Of a stretch of 64,000 nucleotides of DNA, positions 11,403 through 21,772 are shown piece by piece. Source of the stretch: an uncultured delta proteobacterium (GTDB taxonomy: Bacteria > Myxococcota > Myxococcia > Myxococcales > Myxococcaceae); contig CAVYSY010000021.1 of assembly GCA_963771175.1 (NCBI GenBank), positions 128,001 through 192,000 on the forward strand, read 5' to 3'. The notes beneath the pieces are model-generated. The model worked only from the letters and a program-made list of their open reading frames with translations, was not told where the DNA came from and did no database searches. Both the position numbers and the translations under genes were made by a program. The stretch's first letter is position 1; the number at the start of each line of letters is the position of its first letter.

Positions 11403-12168
11403 TCACTTTCCCTTCCGAGCACTCCACAGCGCCGCCATGCCGCGCTTCACCAGGGTGCGGACCTTCGTCAGCTCCTCGGGTGCCAGGGGGTGCTCCTCGT
11501 CCTGCTCCGCCTCGAACAGCGCCTCGTCCGCGTACGCGGTGAGGGCCGCGGGCACTGGCGGAACCTCCGTGCCCGAGTCTTCCATTGCCTTCGGAGCCAC
11601 GCTCGCGAGTCCCTGCGGCCAGCCGAGCTCCAGCATGGCGTGCAGCTCGAAGAGCAGGTGGCGGGCAACGGCATATCCTTCGTCCGTGAGCCCCGCGGCG
11701 TCAAGCTCGCCCAGAAGCGCGTCCTGCTTGTTTTCGAACGCATCGTGCAGCCGGGTGCGCGCCTTCTCGTCGTCTTCCAGATAACGCCAGGCGGCCTCCA
11801 CGAATGCCGTGTCCGGCTCGTCCGGGGCGAAGAGCGGAGGCGGCGGGAGCTTCTCCTTCTTCGGGCGCGGTGGGCGAGGCCCTTCCTCCAGACGCACCGG
11901 CTTGCCTTCCTCCACCAGGTCCCACAACCCCAGCAGGTTCTGGAAGAGGCGGCGCGCCAGCTCGGGAGAGCCGAAGCGCGGCTCCCTCTCGAAGAGGTCG
12001 GGAGATGACCTCCTGCGAGGGGCGCCCTTCGGCGTGGGCCTGCCTCATGTGCGTCAGTACCGTCAGGCTGTCGTGCGGGGTCCCCGCGAGCTCCAGCAGC
12101 CCGTCGAGCACCTGTGCGCCCTCGAAGTGGCGCACGAAATCCATTCCTTTGGAGCGGGAGCGACTCAT
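11403..12168 (-). CDS. Hypothetical protein, one frameshift near 12000
   Basis: MSRSRSKGMDFVRHF...SQEVIS joins DLFEREPRFGSPELARRLFQNLLGLWDLVEEG... of ORF 11403..11927. Confidence 0.65.
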
Positions 12169-12211
12169 GGTGTGCACACCGTAGCGCCCGGACGGCTGGG
12201 AGGCACGCGAC

Positions 12212-12448
12212 TCAGTAGGGGACTTCCTCTCCCATCAGATCGTCCTGGCGCTGCTTGGGGTTGGTGGGCCACTCGTAGTCCTCCGGCACATGGCCCCCGC
12301 CGTGCTGGGCGATGCCGTCCCAGCTCACGTCCGGGTACTGCGGGTCGTATCCCGTGCCCTTCCGCTCCGGCTCGTCCGTCACCGCGGTGCGGTTGGCGGG
12401 GGCCACGAAGGGGGTCTCGATGGGTTTGTCGGGCAGGTCGATGGCCAT
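12212..12448 (-). CDS. Small acidic, Pro-rich hypothetical protein (78 aa)
   Basis: AGGAG Shine-Dalgarno upstream of ATG 12448 (MAIDLPDKPIETPF...); good GC3 bias. Confidence 0.6.
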   Translation of the reverse strand: MAIDLPDKPIETPFVAPANRTAVTDEPERKGTGYDPQYPDVSWDGIAQHGGGHVPEDYEWPTNPKQRQDDLMGEEVPY

Positions 12449-12608
12449 GTGCGGGCTCCTCAGGCCCAACCATAGGGACGCCCGCTCCCCATGGCCCGGA
12501 TCGCCCCGCGCAGACCGGCCAGGGGGCCAGCGGCATGCCCGATCCGTCCTGTCCTGGACCTGCTCGCTTCCGTTTACATGCGTCCGGTCCTAGGCTCGCC
12601 CACCGTAC

Positions 12609-13268
12609 ATGAGCGACCCGTCGTCCGAGAGAGTGAAGGCCGCGGTCCTGGCGCTGTTCCAGGCTCGTCCCATGGAAGGCCCTCCCGGTGATGACGGGCA
12701 GCGCTCCGTCTGGCACCTGTCCAACCACGGCGCGGAGCTGCTCTCCTTCGTGGATGGTGAGGGGCGGGTGCAGCGCCAGGAATTGACGCTGCTGGACGAG
12801 CACTGCGAGTGGACGAGCGGCGTGGGCCTGCGCACCGGACGCGTGGAGCAGGAGGGCTCCACGCGCGCCGAGACCAGTGTCGTCCACCCGGACGCCCAGC
12901 TCGTTCCCGCCCGGCTGCTGCGCGCCGCGCTTGCCCTCGAGCACTACCAGGGCGAGGATCGCTACATCCTTCACATCCAGCGCGTGCTCGCGCTCGCTCG
13001 CCAGGGGCTCGTGCTCTCCGGCGGCGCCACCTCCACGGCCCCGGCTCCCGCCCCGGTGGCCTCGGCTCCAGCCCCGGCGGTCCAGGCTTCCACGGTGACT
13101 TCGCCTCACGCCCCCGCTCCCGTCGCTCCTCCACCCGCACAGCCAGCCCCGGAGCCGCTCATCGACCCCGTCATGCTCCGCCGGCAGAAGACCGAGGGCC
13201 TGACGATGCTCATCGTCCTCGGGTTGGGCCTCATCGCGGGCGTGGCGTCGCTGTTCTGGCTCCTCTAA
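12609..13268 (+). CDS. Hypothetical protein with Pro/Ala linker and C-terminal transmembrane helix
   Basis: 219-aa ORF ending in the hydrophobic segment LTMLIVLGLGLIAGVASLFWLL. Confidence 0.7.
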   Translation: MSDPSSERVKAAVLALFQARPMEGPPGDDGQRSVWHLSNHGAELLSFVDGEGRVQRQELTLLDEHCEWTSGVGLRTGRVEQEGSTRAETSVVHPDAQLVPARLLRAALALEHYQGEDRYILHIQRVLALARQGLVLSGGATSTAPAPAPVASAPAPAVQASTVTSPHAPAPVAPPPAQPAPEPLIDPVMLRRQKTEGLTMLIVLGLGLIAGVASLFWLL

Positions 13269-13289
13269 GGCCCCTGGAGGCCCGCGCCC

Positions 13290-14240
13290 TCACCGGGCGG
13301 AGTGCAGGCCCCGCGCCGGGAGCTGGACCGAGGGAAGGGGGCCGAGCGCCTCGTCGCGCACCGGCGCCTCCAGCAGCAGGTTCGCCAGGTTCGCCTGTCG
13401 TGCCCCCTGGGTGGCGAGCCGCAGCGGGTGCGCATCCAGCATCAGCACGGTCGCGGCGAGCGCCACCAGCGCCATGCTGCCCACCCACTGTCCGACGGCC
13501 TCCGGGTGGAGGAAGAGCTGCCAGCACACGAGCGCGAGCGCCAGGACGACCAGGGCGCCCAGGGCCGCCGAGCGCAGCTCCTGCAACTGGGTGAGCTTCC
13601 GGGTGCCCGAGAGGATGAGCCCGGCCCGGGTCTCCGGCGCCTGCGTGGCCAGCGAGGTGAGCAGCTCGAAGAGTTGGTGCGCCTCGAGCGCCACCAGCAG
13701 CGCGATGCCTCCCAGCACCAGCCCCAGCGCGGCGCCCAGCAGCCGGCCAGCGTCCTCGCCCGAGAGCGCCGCCTGCTCGCGCAGCAGGACGAGCCCCACC
13801 GCGACGCCCACCAGCAGCGCCGCGCTCGTCCACGCCCCCAGCAGGCGCGCCACCATGGCCTCGCCCGTGCCCGCCACCAACACCGCGAGCGCATTGCCGC
13901 CGCCCACTTCCGGCAGTGCGGCCAGCACCCGCTCCACTGCCTCCTCCGTCCCGGCGATGCCGAGGAACCACGGCAGCGTGGCCAGTCCCACCAGTGCCAC
14001 CAGTGGCGCGTGCCGTCCCGACAGGCCCATGCACAGCAGCCACGAGAGCATGCACGTGACGCCCACCACCGCTCCCATCATCAGCAGGCTGTAGGGCCCC
14101 GCGGCCTCCGTCATGCGCCACACCGCGGCGCTGCCTCCCACGAACGAGAGGAACGCGAGACTGAAGCCCAGCACCGCCACGGGGGGCAGTGCGGCGAGGG
14201 CGAGACCGGGCAGGGGATTCAGCTTGGCGGGGACCAGCAT
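13290..14240 (-). CDS. Polytopic membrane protein of unknown function
   Basis: About seven hydrophobic segments from MLVPAKLNP; TATAAT lies just upstream of the ATG on the minus strand. Confidence 0.65.
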   Translation of the reverse strand: MLVPAKLNPLPGLALAALPPVAVLGFSLAFLSFVGGSAAVWRMTEAAGPYSLLMMGAVVGVTCMLSWLLCMGLSGRHAPLVALVGLATLPWFLGIAGTEEAVERVLAALPEVGGGNALAVLVAGTGEAMVARLLGAWTSAALLVGVAVGLVLLREQAALSGEDAGRLLGAALGLVLGGIALLVALEAHQLFELLTSLATQAPETRAGLILSGTRKLTQLQELRSAALGALVVLALALVCWQLFLHPEAVGQWVGSMALVALAATVLMLDAHPLRLATQGARQANLANLLLEAPVRDEALGPLPSVQLPARGLHSAR

Positions 14241-14370
14241 GCCTGAAGGATTATACCCTTTCCGCCAGGATTTCCAGGATTGGTCCAAAAGTACGACTTG
14301 CTTGCCTGGCGGAGAACGTTGCGGGCGAGTCTCGCGCCGGATGGCGGACAGTGGAGCGGGGGCTCGTCCG

Positions 14371-16134
14371 TCAGGCGGCCACGGCGCCTTCGCCGAGGAG
14401 CTGGGCATAGCGCCCGCCCCGGGCGACGAGCTCCGTGTGGGTGCCGGCCTCCACCACCTGTCCGGCCTCCAGGACGACGATGAGGTCCGCGTCCCGCACC
14501 GTGGAGAGACGGTGGGCGATGACGAGCACCGTGCGGCCCTTCATCAGCGCCGCCAGGCCCGCGCTCACGGCGGCCTCGCTCTGGGCGTCCAGGGCACTGG
14601 TGGGCTCGTCCAGCAGCAGCACCGAGGGCCGGCGCAGGAAGGCCCTCGCCAGCACGAGGCGCTGCCGCTGCCCGCCGGACAGCCGCGCGCCGCGCTCGCC
14701 CACCGGCTCGTCGAGTCCACCCGGCAGGGCGCGCACGAAGTCCTCCCCATGGGCCAGCCGCAGCGCCTCCCACAGCTCCGCGTCGGTGGCCTCGGGCCGG
14801 GCCAGCAGCAGGTTGTGCCGCACGCTGCCGGAGAAGAGGATCGGCTCCTGGGGCACCCACGCCATCTGGGCCCGCACGCTCGAGGGCTTGAGCCGGGACA
14901 GCGGCGTGCCGTCCCATCGCACCGCGCCGCCGCTCGGGGGCACGAAGCCCAGCAGCACGGAGAAGAGCGTCGTCTTGCCCGCGCCCGAGGCCCCCACCAG
15001 CGCCACGCGGGCGCCCGCCGGCACCGTCACGTCCACCCCGCGCAGGGCCTCGCGGCCGTCCGGGTAGGTGGCGCGCACGCCCTCCAACTCCAGCGCGCGG
15101 GTGAGGGGCGGGGCCTCCTCGCCCTCGTCCGGGGGCACCGGCGCGTCCGCCAGCGCGAAGAGGCGCTCGGCGCTCACCAGTCCGGTAATCACCTGGGAGA
15201 GGGTGCCGCTGAGCGACTTCACCGGCTGGTAGAGCAGCAGGGCCGCGGCGATGAAGGAGAGCAGCCGCCCGGAGAGCGCCGGGTCCACCGACACCGCCCG
15301 AGCGCCCCAGGCCACCGCCACCGCCACGCCCAGAATCCCCATCACCTCCACCGTGGGGCTGTACGCACCGCGCAGGAAGAGCGAGCGGCGCATCTCCCCG
15401 AGGTAGCGCTCCGACTCGGCCTCGAAGGCCCCGAGGGCCCGCGGCGCGCCGCCATAGGCCTGGACGACGGGCAGGGCCTGCAACTGCTCCGCGGTGAGCG
15501 CGGTGAGGGCGCCGAGGCTCGTCTGCGAGCGGTTGGCCACCTTCTTCAGCGAGCGCGCGAAGCTGCGCACCGGCAGCACCGTGAGGGGCATCACCACGAA
15601 GGTGAGCAGGAAGAGCTTCGCGTCGATGAGGAAGCAGGTGGTGAGCAGCGCGAGGATTTGCAGCCCGTCCTTCACATAGGACGTGAGCGCCTGTGTCACC
15701 GCGAACTCCACCAGCGGCACGTCCGCGGTGAAGCGGGTGAGCAGCTCGCCCGAGTGCTGCCGCTCGAAGAAGGCCGGCGGCTGGGCGAGCAGCCGTGAGT
15801 AGAGGAAGCCGCGCAGGTCCGCCATCACCCGCTGTCCCAGCCGCTGCATCCATCCGCCCTGGAAGAAGGCCGCCGTGGCCTTCACCGCCGCCACCGCCAC
15901 CACCATCAGGGGCAGCAGGCCGAGCAGCCGCTCGCTCGGCAGGGTGAGGCCCGCGAGCTCCACCGGGGCGCCCGTGAGGACGGCGCGCAGCAGCGGCCCC
16001 ACCAACCAGGCGTAGGCGGAGGTGGCGACAGCGGTCACCAGCGAGGCCCCCACGCCCGCGACGAGCAGGCGTCGATAGGGACGGAGGTAGCCCAGCAGGC
16101 GGAGGTAGACGTGCGAAGAAGGTCGGGGGGCCAC
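14371..16134 (-). CDS. MsbA-like ABC exporter (fused TMD and ATPase)
   Basis: Six-TM domain; GASGAGKT Walker A, LSGGQRQR signature, LLLDEPTSALD Walker B, IAHRLST. Start codon uncertain (GTG 16134 chosen). Confidence 0.88.
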   Translation of the reverse strand: MAPRPSSHVYLRLLGYLRPYRRLLVAGVGASLVTAVATSAYAWLVGPLLRAVLTGAPVELAGLTLPSERLLGLLPLMVVAVAAVKATAAFFQGGWMQRLGQRVMADLRGFLYSRLLAQPPAFFERQHSGELLTRFTADVPLVEFAVTQALTSYVKDGLQILALLTTCFLIDAKLFLLTFVVMPLTVLPVRSFARSLKKVANRSQTSLGALTALTAEQLQALPVVQAYGGAPRALGAFEAESERYLGEMRRSLFLRGAYSPTVEVMGILGVAVAVAWGARAVSVDPALSGRLLSFIAAALLLYQPVKSLSGTLSQVITGLVSAERLFALADAPVPPDEGEEAPPLTRALELEGVRATYPDGREALRGVDVTVPAGARVALVGASGAGKTTLFSVLLGFVPPSGGAVRWDGTPLSRLKPSSVRAQMAWVPQEPILFSGSVRHNLLLARPEATDAELWEALRLAHGEDFVRALPGGLDEPVGERGARLSGGQRQRLVLARAFLRRPSVLLLDEPTSALDAQSEAAVSAGLAALMKGRTVLVIAHRLSTVRDADLIVVLEAGQVVEAGTHTELVARGGRYAQLLGEGAVAA

Positions 16135-16273
16135 GGCGGAGCGCGCACTTTCGCACCCTGCTCGCTGTACGGCAAAGCCTCTCGCTTCCCTGGCCGCTCT
16201 ACGGCCCACCGATTACCGGGCCCTGGCCCTTTCATTGCTCCGCCGGGAAGCGGCGGTCAGCTTTCCCCTAGCC

Positions 16274-16717
16274 ATGGACACACACAACACTGGGAAAGAG
16301 GCGCTGTTCAGTCCGGGCTGTGAGCCGGTGGTGGAGGAAGAAGAGCGCCGTCGGCTCCTGTGGCTGATGGCGGAGTACTTCCGAACCATCGGCTGCACGG
16401 ACATCAAGGCCCGACTGCCCGGATTCATGCCCCCGCCCGTCCTCTCGGGCACCATCGAGGACCACCGGCCGGATTTCACCTGCCGTCAGTCTGACTCGGC
16501 ACGGACTCCCATCATCCTGGAGATCGTCACTCCGGGCCTGGTGGAAGACACCGGCACGGAGAACCGCTGGAGCCTGCTGTCCAGCGCCGCGAAGCTCTAC
16601 AACGCGGAGCTGCACTTCGTCGTCCCCAAGTGGGCGCCCAGGGGAGCGGTGGACTCCGTGCTCAAGCGGCGGCTCGCCCGCATGGAGCTGACGGCCAACC
16701 GCGTCTGGACGGTCTGA
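16274..16717 (+). CDS. Hypothetical protein, possible PD-(D/E)xK-like fold
   Basis: ATG 16274 (MDTHNTGKE); HRPDFTC...IILEIVT pattern. Confidence 0.65.
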   Translation: MDTHNTGKEALFSPGCEPVVEEEERRRLLWLMAEYFRTIGCTDIKARLPGFMPPPVLSGTIEDHRPDFTCRQSDSARTPIILEIVTPGLVEDTGTENRWSLLSSAAKLYNAELHFVVPKWAPRGAVDSVLKRRLARMELTANRVWTV

Positions 16718-16745
16718 GCCTCCCGTTCTCGAGCATTCGACCCCA

Positions 16746-16774
16746 GGGCCCGCTCCGTTCATCGGGGCGGGCCC
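16746..16774 (+). terminator. GC-rich stem-loop after the hypothetical gene
   Basis: GGGCCCGCTCCG-TTCAT-CGGGGCGGGCCC, 12-bp stem with one G-U pair. Confidence 0.45.
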
Positions 16775-16777
16775 GGA

Positions 16778-16805
16778 TTGCCTGACCTCTCGCCTGCGTT
16801 ATAGT
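16778..16805 (+). promoter_or_regulatory. Putative sigma70-type promoter of dnaJ
   Basis: TTGCCT-16 nt-TATAGT in an AT-rich patch about 55 nt upstream of the start codon. Confidence 0.4.
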
Positions 16806-16861
16806 GATTTCGAAGATTACGCGAGCGTAGAAAGTTCAATAAATCCAGGGGTTTGAACGCA

Positions 16862-17989
16862 ATGCCAGCGGCGGCGGGACAGAAGCGCGATTACTACGAG
16901 GTACTGGGGGTCCAGAAGAACGTCTCGGCGCAGGAGCTGAAGAGCGCGTTCCGCAAGGTCGCCCTGCAGTACCACCCGGACCGGAACCCCGGGGACTCGG
17001 CGGCCGAGGAGAAGTTCAAGGAGGCCTCCGAGGCCTATGAGGTGCTGAGCGATCCGGATCGCCGGGCGCGCTACGACCGCTTCGGTCACGCGGGCGTGGG
17101 CGGCGCCGCGGGAGGAGATCCGTTCGGCGGCTTCCAGGGCGTCAACATCAACGACATCTTCGGGGAAATCTTCGGAGACATCTTCGGTGGGCGGGGCGGC
17201 CGGGGCCGGGTGAGCAACCGGGGCTCGGACCTGCGCTTCAACCTGGAGATTTCCTTCGAGGAGGCGGCGTTCGGCTGCCGGCCGAAGGTGACGATTCCGC
17301 GCCCGAAGAAGTGCGAGGCGTGCACGGGCACGGGCAGCAAGAGCGGCACGGCGCCCAAGGCGTGCGGCACGTGCGGGGGCTCGGGCGAGCTGCGCTTCAC
17401 CCAGGGCTTCTTCGCGGTGTCGCGGCCGTGCACCGACTGCGGCGGCACGGGCGCGGTGGTGCCGGACCCGTGCAACAAGTGCCGGGGCTCGGGCAAGGTG
17501 GCGTCCGAGGAGGCCATCGAAATCAACATCCCGCCGGGCGTGGACAGCGGCACGCGGGTGCGGCTGGGCGGCCTGGGCGAGCCGGGTGACCGGGGTGGGC
17601 CTCCGGGTGACCTCTACGTGTCGGTCATCGTGCGCGAGCACCCGCTCTTCCAGCGCGAGGACTACGACGTCTTCTGCGAGGTGCCCATCTCGTTCGTCCA
17701 GGCGGCGCTGGGGGCGAAGATCGACGTGCCCACGCTGGACGGGAAGGTGAAGCTGCCCGTCCCCGAGGGCACGCAGTCGGGCAAGGTGTTCCGGCTGAGG
17801 GGCAAGGGCATTCCCCACCTGCACAGCGGGCAGCGCGGGGACCAGCACGTGCGCGTCATCGTGGAGACGCCCACGGGGCTGTCGTCGAAGCAGCGCGAGC
17901 TGCTCGAGAAGTTCGCCGAGGTGAGCGGCGAGGATGCGCACCCGCAGTCGAAGAACTTCTTCGACAAGGTGCGCGAGCTCTTCGGCTGA
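16862..17989 (+). CDS. dnaJ: Chaperone DnaJ
   Basis: J domain with HPD, G/F-rich region, four CxxCxGxG zinc-finger repeats, C-terminal domain. Confidence 0.97.
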   Translation: MPAAAGQKRDYYEVLGVQKNVSAQELKSAFRKVALQYHPDRNPGDSAAEEKFKEASEAYEVLSDPDRRARYDRFGHAGVGGAAGGDPFGGFQGVNINDIFGEIFGDIFGGRGGRGRVSNRGSDLRFNLEISFEEAAFGCRPKVTIPRPKKCEACTGTGSKSGTAPKACGTCGGSGELRFTQGFFAVSRPCTDCGGTGAVVPDPCNKCRGSGKVASEEAIEINIPPGVDSGTRVRLGGLGEPGDRGGPPGDLYVSVIVREHPLFQREDYDVFCEVPISFVQAALGAKIDVPTLDGKVKLPVPEGTQSGKVFRLRGKGIPHLHSGQRGDQHVRVIVETPTGLSSKQRELLEKFAEVSGEDAHPQSKNFFDKVRELFG

Positions 17990-18023
17990 GCGGGTCCTGC
18001 TGAACCAGGTTTCCCTCCTCATC

Positions 18024-18067
18024 AGAGGGCCGGGGTGTGGGTCCATGGACTCCACCCGCGGCCCTCT
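18024..18067 (+). terminator. Long imperfect hairpin downstream of dnaJ
   Basis: AGAGGGCCG...GTCCATGGAC...CGGCCCTCT followed by TCAATTTT. Confidence 0.5.
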
Positions 18068-18334
18068 TCAATTTTCTGATCCAGCGGAACGCGGGGCCCA
18101 CCCGGACACCGGAGTGAAGGGGCATGTGCCGCCACCTCCCCCCGTGCCGCAGAGGGCCCCACCCTCCCGGAAGTTGGAGCCGAATGACGGGCGGTGAACG
18201 GCTCGGGGGCGTGGCGCGTCCTCCGAGTGCCCTCGGGTGGACGTTCATCACGTCCGGCGGCGAAGAGCACTCACCAATGCGCCCCCCCGTGCCCATACCG
18301 AGCACGCAACCAGGGAGATGGGGGAGGTGCCGGC

Positions 18335-21300
18335 ATGGCCACATACCGACTCATCCGCAAGATCGCGGCAGGCGGAATGGCGGAGGTGTTCCTGGCCAAG
18401 GTGGTCGGGGCCGAGGGCTTCGAGAAGCCAGTCGCCGTCAAGCGCGTGCTGCCGTCGATGGTGCAGGACCGGGAGTTCGTGGAGCTCTTCCTGCGCGAGG
18501 CCAAGCTGACGGTGTGCCTGCAGCACGCCAACGTGGTGCAGGTGTTCGACCTGGGCGCCCTCAACGGCCAGTACTACATGGTGATGGAGTTCGTGGACGG
18601 GGAGAACCTCCGGGCCGTGCAGCGCGGCGCGGCGTCCCACCAGGTGGCGCTGGGGCTGCGCGAGGTGTGCTTCATCGTCCAGCAGGTGACGGAGGGCCTG
18701 GCGTACGCGCACGGGCGCTCGGACGCCGCGGGCCGGCCGCTCAACATCATCCACCGCGACGTCAACCCGTCCAACGTGATGGTGGCCAGCAGCGGCGAGG
18801 TGAAGCTGGCGGACTTCGGCATCGCCAAGGCGGCCAACGCGCAGAACGCCACCCAGGTGGGCGTGGTGAAGGGCAAGGCGGGCTACCTCGCGCCGGAGCA
18901 GGTGAAGGGCCTGGAGGTGGACCAGCGCGCGGACCTCTTCCTCATCGGCTTGATGCTGTACGAGCTGCTCGCCGGCAAGCAGCTCTTCGGCGGCTCGGAC
19001 TACTTCGCCACGCTGCGCAACATCGCCCAGTTCGACGTGAAGAGCCTCGCGCCGGTGCCGGGGGTGCCTCCGGCGCTCTGGGGCATCGTCACCCGGGCGC
19101 TGGCGGAGAACCCCACGGCGCGCTTCCAGCGGGCGCGCGACATCTCGGACGCGCTGCAGAACTTCCTCTTCGACCACCGGCTGCGCGTGGGCCCGCAGGA
19201 CGTGGCGGCCCTCTTCGCTCGCTGCTTCCCCGAGCGCCGCTCGCCGCTGGAGGGCGAGAGCGAGGTGCGGGGCGAGGAGATCCACCTCGGCTCGGACGCG
19301 GGGCTGCAGCGCCCGCAGACGCTCACCTCGGTGCGCTCGCGCCCGCCGTTCCCCGGGGGAACCCGTCCGGGCACGCCCTCGATGCGCGTGAGGGCCCTGA
19401 CGGACCCGGGCCGGATGCAGCCTCCGCCTCCGCCGCCGGCGACGTCCCTGACCATGCAGGTGCCTCCGCCTCCGGGCGGGCGCGCGGTGACGCAGGCGGG
19501 CGTGGGCTCCGCCGCCACCATGACGGTGCCTCCGCCTCCGAGCGCGCGCGTGGCGTCAGGGGGGGCCTCCTCCATCGCCATGCCGGTGCCCACGCGCGTG
19601 ATGCGTGCGCCGCGCCGCAAGCTGGGCGAGATGCTGGTGGCCGCCGGCAAGCTGTCGGAGACGCAGCTCAAGGGCGCGCTGGAGCGGCAGAAGCGCACCG
19701 GCGGGCGCATTGGCGAGCTGCTCGTCGCCGAGGGCCTCATCACCGAGGAGGACGTGGTCCGGATGCTGAGCGAGCAGGGCGGCATCCCCTTCGTCTCGGA
19801 CAAGGTGCTGCGCACGATGCCGGTGCCCAAGGCGCTGCTGCCGCTGCTGCCGCTGGAGAAGGCCGAACGGCTCGAGACGGTGCCGGTGGCCCAGCAGGGC
19901 AAGGAGCTGGTGTGCGCCATGCGCGAGCCGCGCGACCTGGCCCGGCTGGACGAGCTGAAGTTCGTCACCGGCAGCCCCGTGCGCGGCATCTATGCCACCG
20001 AGGGCGCCATCCGCCGCGCCATCGGCCGCTTCTACCGGGGGGATGACCCGGACCAGCTGGACGACTGGTCCAACTCCATGCCGCTGGCGGGCTCGGAGTC
20101 GGAGGCGGGCGTCACGCCCTACGCCGACAAGCACACCCGCACGCGCGAGCGACTGCTGGACGAGTCCGCCTTCGAGGAGGTGAAGGCCGTCCCCTCGCCG
20201 CCGCCCGCGCCTCCGCCGCCCGTTCCCGAGCCGGCCCCCGCGCCGCCTCTGACGCTCGCGCCCGCCTCGCTGGCGCGCACCATGCTGGTGGTGACCGACG
20301 ACGTGGAGCTGCGGGACGCGGCGGTGCGGCTGCTCACGCGCCAGGGCGTGGCGGCCTCGGGCAGCAGCGCGGCGGACGTGGAGAAGGCCGTGGCCCTCGG
20401 GGGCACCGAGGTGGCGCTGGTGGCCGCGGACACCATCCCGGATGCACCGGCGGTGGTGGCGCGGTTGATGACGGTGGCGCCCTCCCTGGAGGTGCGCGTG
20501 CTGCCCTCGCTGGCCGAGGCGCTCGGCGGCGAGGCCGGTCCGTTGAGCCGCGCGGCGCGGCTGCACGCGCGGGTGGTGGATGCGGCGCTCGCGGAGCTGG
20601 GCGGGGTGGGAGTGCAGGGCGCCTCGCTCGCCAAGTTGGCCCGGCGCGTGGCGCGCAGGTTGGGCGCGGGGCGCACGGAGGCCGAGCGGGCCTCGGCGGT
20701 GGCCTATGCCCTGGCGCTCGCGGCCTTCCAGGAATCGGAGGAGCGCTTCATCCGTCCCTCGTGCGAGGCGATGCGCGCCATCCTGGGCCGTGACGCGGGC
20801 GAGCTGGCCGACCTCATCGGCGCCTGCACGCGCGACGCTCCGCCGCCGTCCGAGAAGAGCAGCCGGGACACGCTGGCCCTGGCCGCGGCGGTGGCGCTGC
20901 TCGAGGTGGCGGGGACGGCCTCGCCCGCGGCGTCGACCGCGTCTCAGTCGCTCGTCAAGCTGCGCGCCGAGGGGAAGCTTCCCGCGGCGGCCCTGGAAGC
21001 CCTCTCCGCGGAGGTGATGGAGCTGGTGCTGGGCGATGGCATTTCGCACACGGTGGTGCTCGCCGAGCCCAACGCGGCGCGGGCCGCGGCCCTCCAGGCG
21101 CGCTTCCTCGCGGATGGGGTGCGGGTGGTGCTCGCCGACTCCGTGGCCCGGGTGCGCGTGCTGCTCTCGCAGGGCAGTCAGGCGCTGGTGGTGGCCTCGC
21201 GGCTGCCGGACGGAGATGGCGCCGGGCTCACGCGCTCGCTGCGCTCCGCGGCGGATACCGCCTCGCTGCCCATCTTCGTGCTGGCGCCTCCGGAGGACCC

Positions 21301-21463
21301 CGGGTTGGTGGAGGCCGGGCTGGATGCCGGCGCGGATGACGTCCTCACGTACCCGGTCAATCCAGACGTGCTGGTGGCCAAGCTGCGCCGTTCCCTGCAG
21401 CCGCGCCGGGTCACGGCGACCCCAGCAGCGGTCGTGATGACCCCAGCCTCCGTGAGCGCCTGA
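18335..21463 (+). CDS. Ser/Thr protein kinase with MshEN (GSPII_N) domain and pseudo-receiver domain(s)
   Basis: Hanks motifs IAAGGMAEV, VAVK, HRDVNPSN, DFG, YLAPE; KLGEMLVAAGKLSETQLKGALERQ plus RIGELLVAEGLITEEDVVRMLSEQ; C-terminal REC-like ...LPDGDG...AGADDVLTYP. GGAGG SD upstream of ATG 18335. Confidence 0.88.
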   Translation: MATYRLIRKIAAGGMAEVFLAKVVGAEGFEKPVAVKRVLPSMVQDREFVELFLREAKLTVCLQHANVVQVFDLGALNGQYYMVMEFVDGENLRAVQRGAASHQVALGLREVCFIVQQVTEGLAYAHGRSDAAGRPLNIIHRDVNPSNVMVASSGEVKLADFGIAKAANAQNATQVGVVKGKAGYLAPEQVKGLEVDQRADLFLIGLMLYELLAGKQLFGGSDYFATLRNIAQFDVKSLAPVPGVPPALWGIVTRALAENPTARFQRARDISDALQNFLFDHRLRVGPQDVAALFARCFPERRSPLEGESEVRGEEIHLGSDAGLQRPQTLTSVRSRPPFPGGTRPGTPSMRVRALTDPGRMQPPPPPPATSLTMQVPPPPGGRAVTQAGVGSAATMTVPPPPSARVASGGASSIAMPVPTRVMRAPRRKLGEMLVAAGKLSETQLKGALERQKRTGGRIGELLVAEGLITEEDVVRMLSEQGGIPFVSDKVLRTMPVPKALLPLLPLEKAERLETVPVAQQGKELVCAMREPRDLARLDELKFVTGSPVRGIYATEGAIRRAIGRFYRGDDPDQLDDWSNSMPLAGSESEAGVTPYADKHTRTRERLLDESAFEEVKAVPSPPPAPPPPVPEPAPAPPLTLAPASLARTMLVVTDDVELRDAAVRLLTRQGVAASGSSAADVEKAVALGGTEVALVAADTIPDAPAVVARLMTVAPSLEVRVLPSLAEALGGEAGPLSRAARLHARVVDAALAELGGVGVQGASLAKLARRVARRLGAGRTEAERASAVAYALALAAFQESEERFIRPSCEAMRAILGRDAGELADLIGACTRDAPPPSEKSSRDTLALAAAVALLEVAGTASPAASTASQSLVKLRAEGKLPAAALEALSAEVMELVLGDGISHTVVLAEPNAARAAALQARFLADGVRVVLADSVARVRVLLSQGSQALVVASRLPDGDGAGLTRSLRSAADTASLPIFVLAPPEDPGLVEAGLDAGADDVLTYPVNPDVLVAKLRRSLQPRRVTATPAAVVMTPASVSA

Positions 21464-21772
21464 GGTTCGATGTCTGGCGTCTGCTTTTGACCGCCGCGGT
21501 GCTCCGTGTAGAGAATTCCTCTCAGCGTGCGGGGAGAGTCAGGAAATGTCCTGGCTCTCCTCGAAGCGCTGACTTCACTCCCTCCTCGCTGCTTTCCCGC
21601 TATTCGCAACTCGATCGCTCGGCTCGTGCGAGCTGTCGCGGTGGTGCGACCACCGCTCATAGACTGCCACACGAGATAAGCTTTATGTATTGAGCAAATG
21701 AGTCGCCGCGGGGGAGGGCATGCCGTTCTGCATGGAACGGAGCGCCCCCCCTGCGTCTTCAGAGGAGGAGAT

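Noticed and set aside
7752..12168. SNF2 ATPase as part of an anti-phage defence system
   Set aside because: The sequence is RapA-like, and no methylase, nuclease or other defence partner is adjacent.
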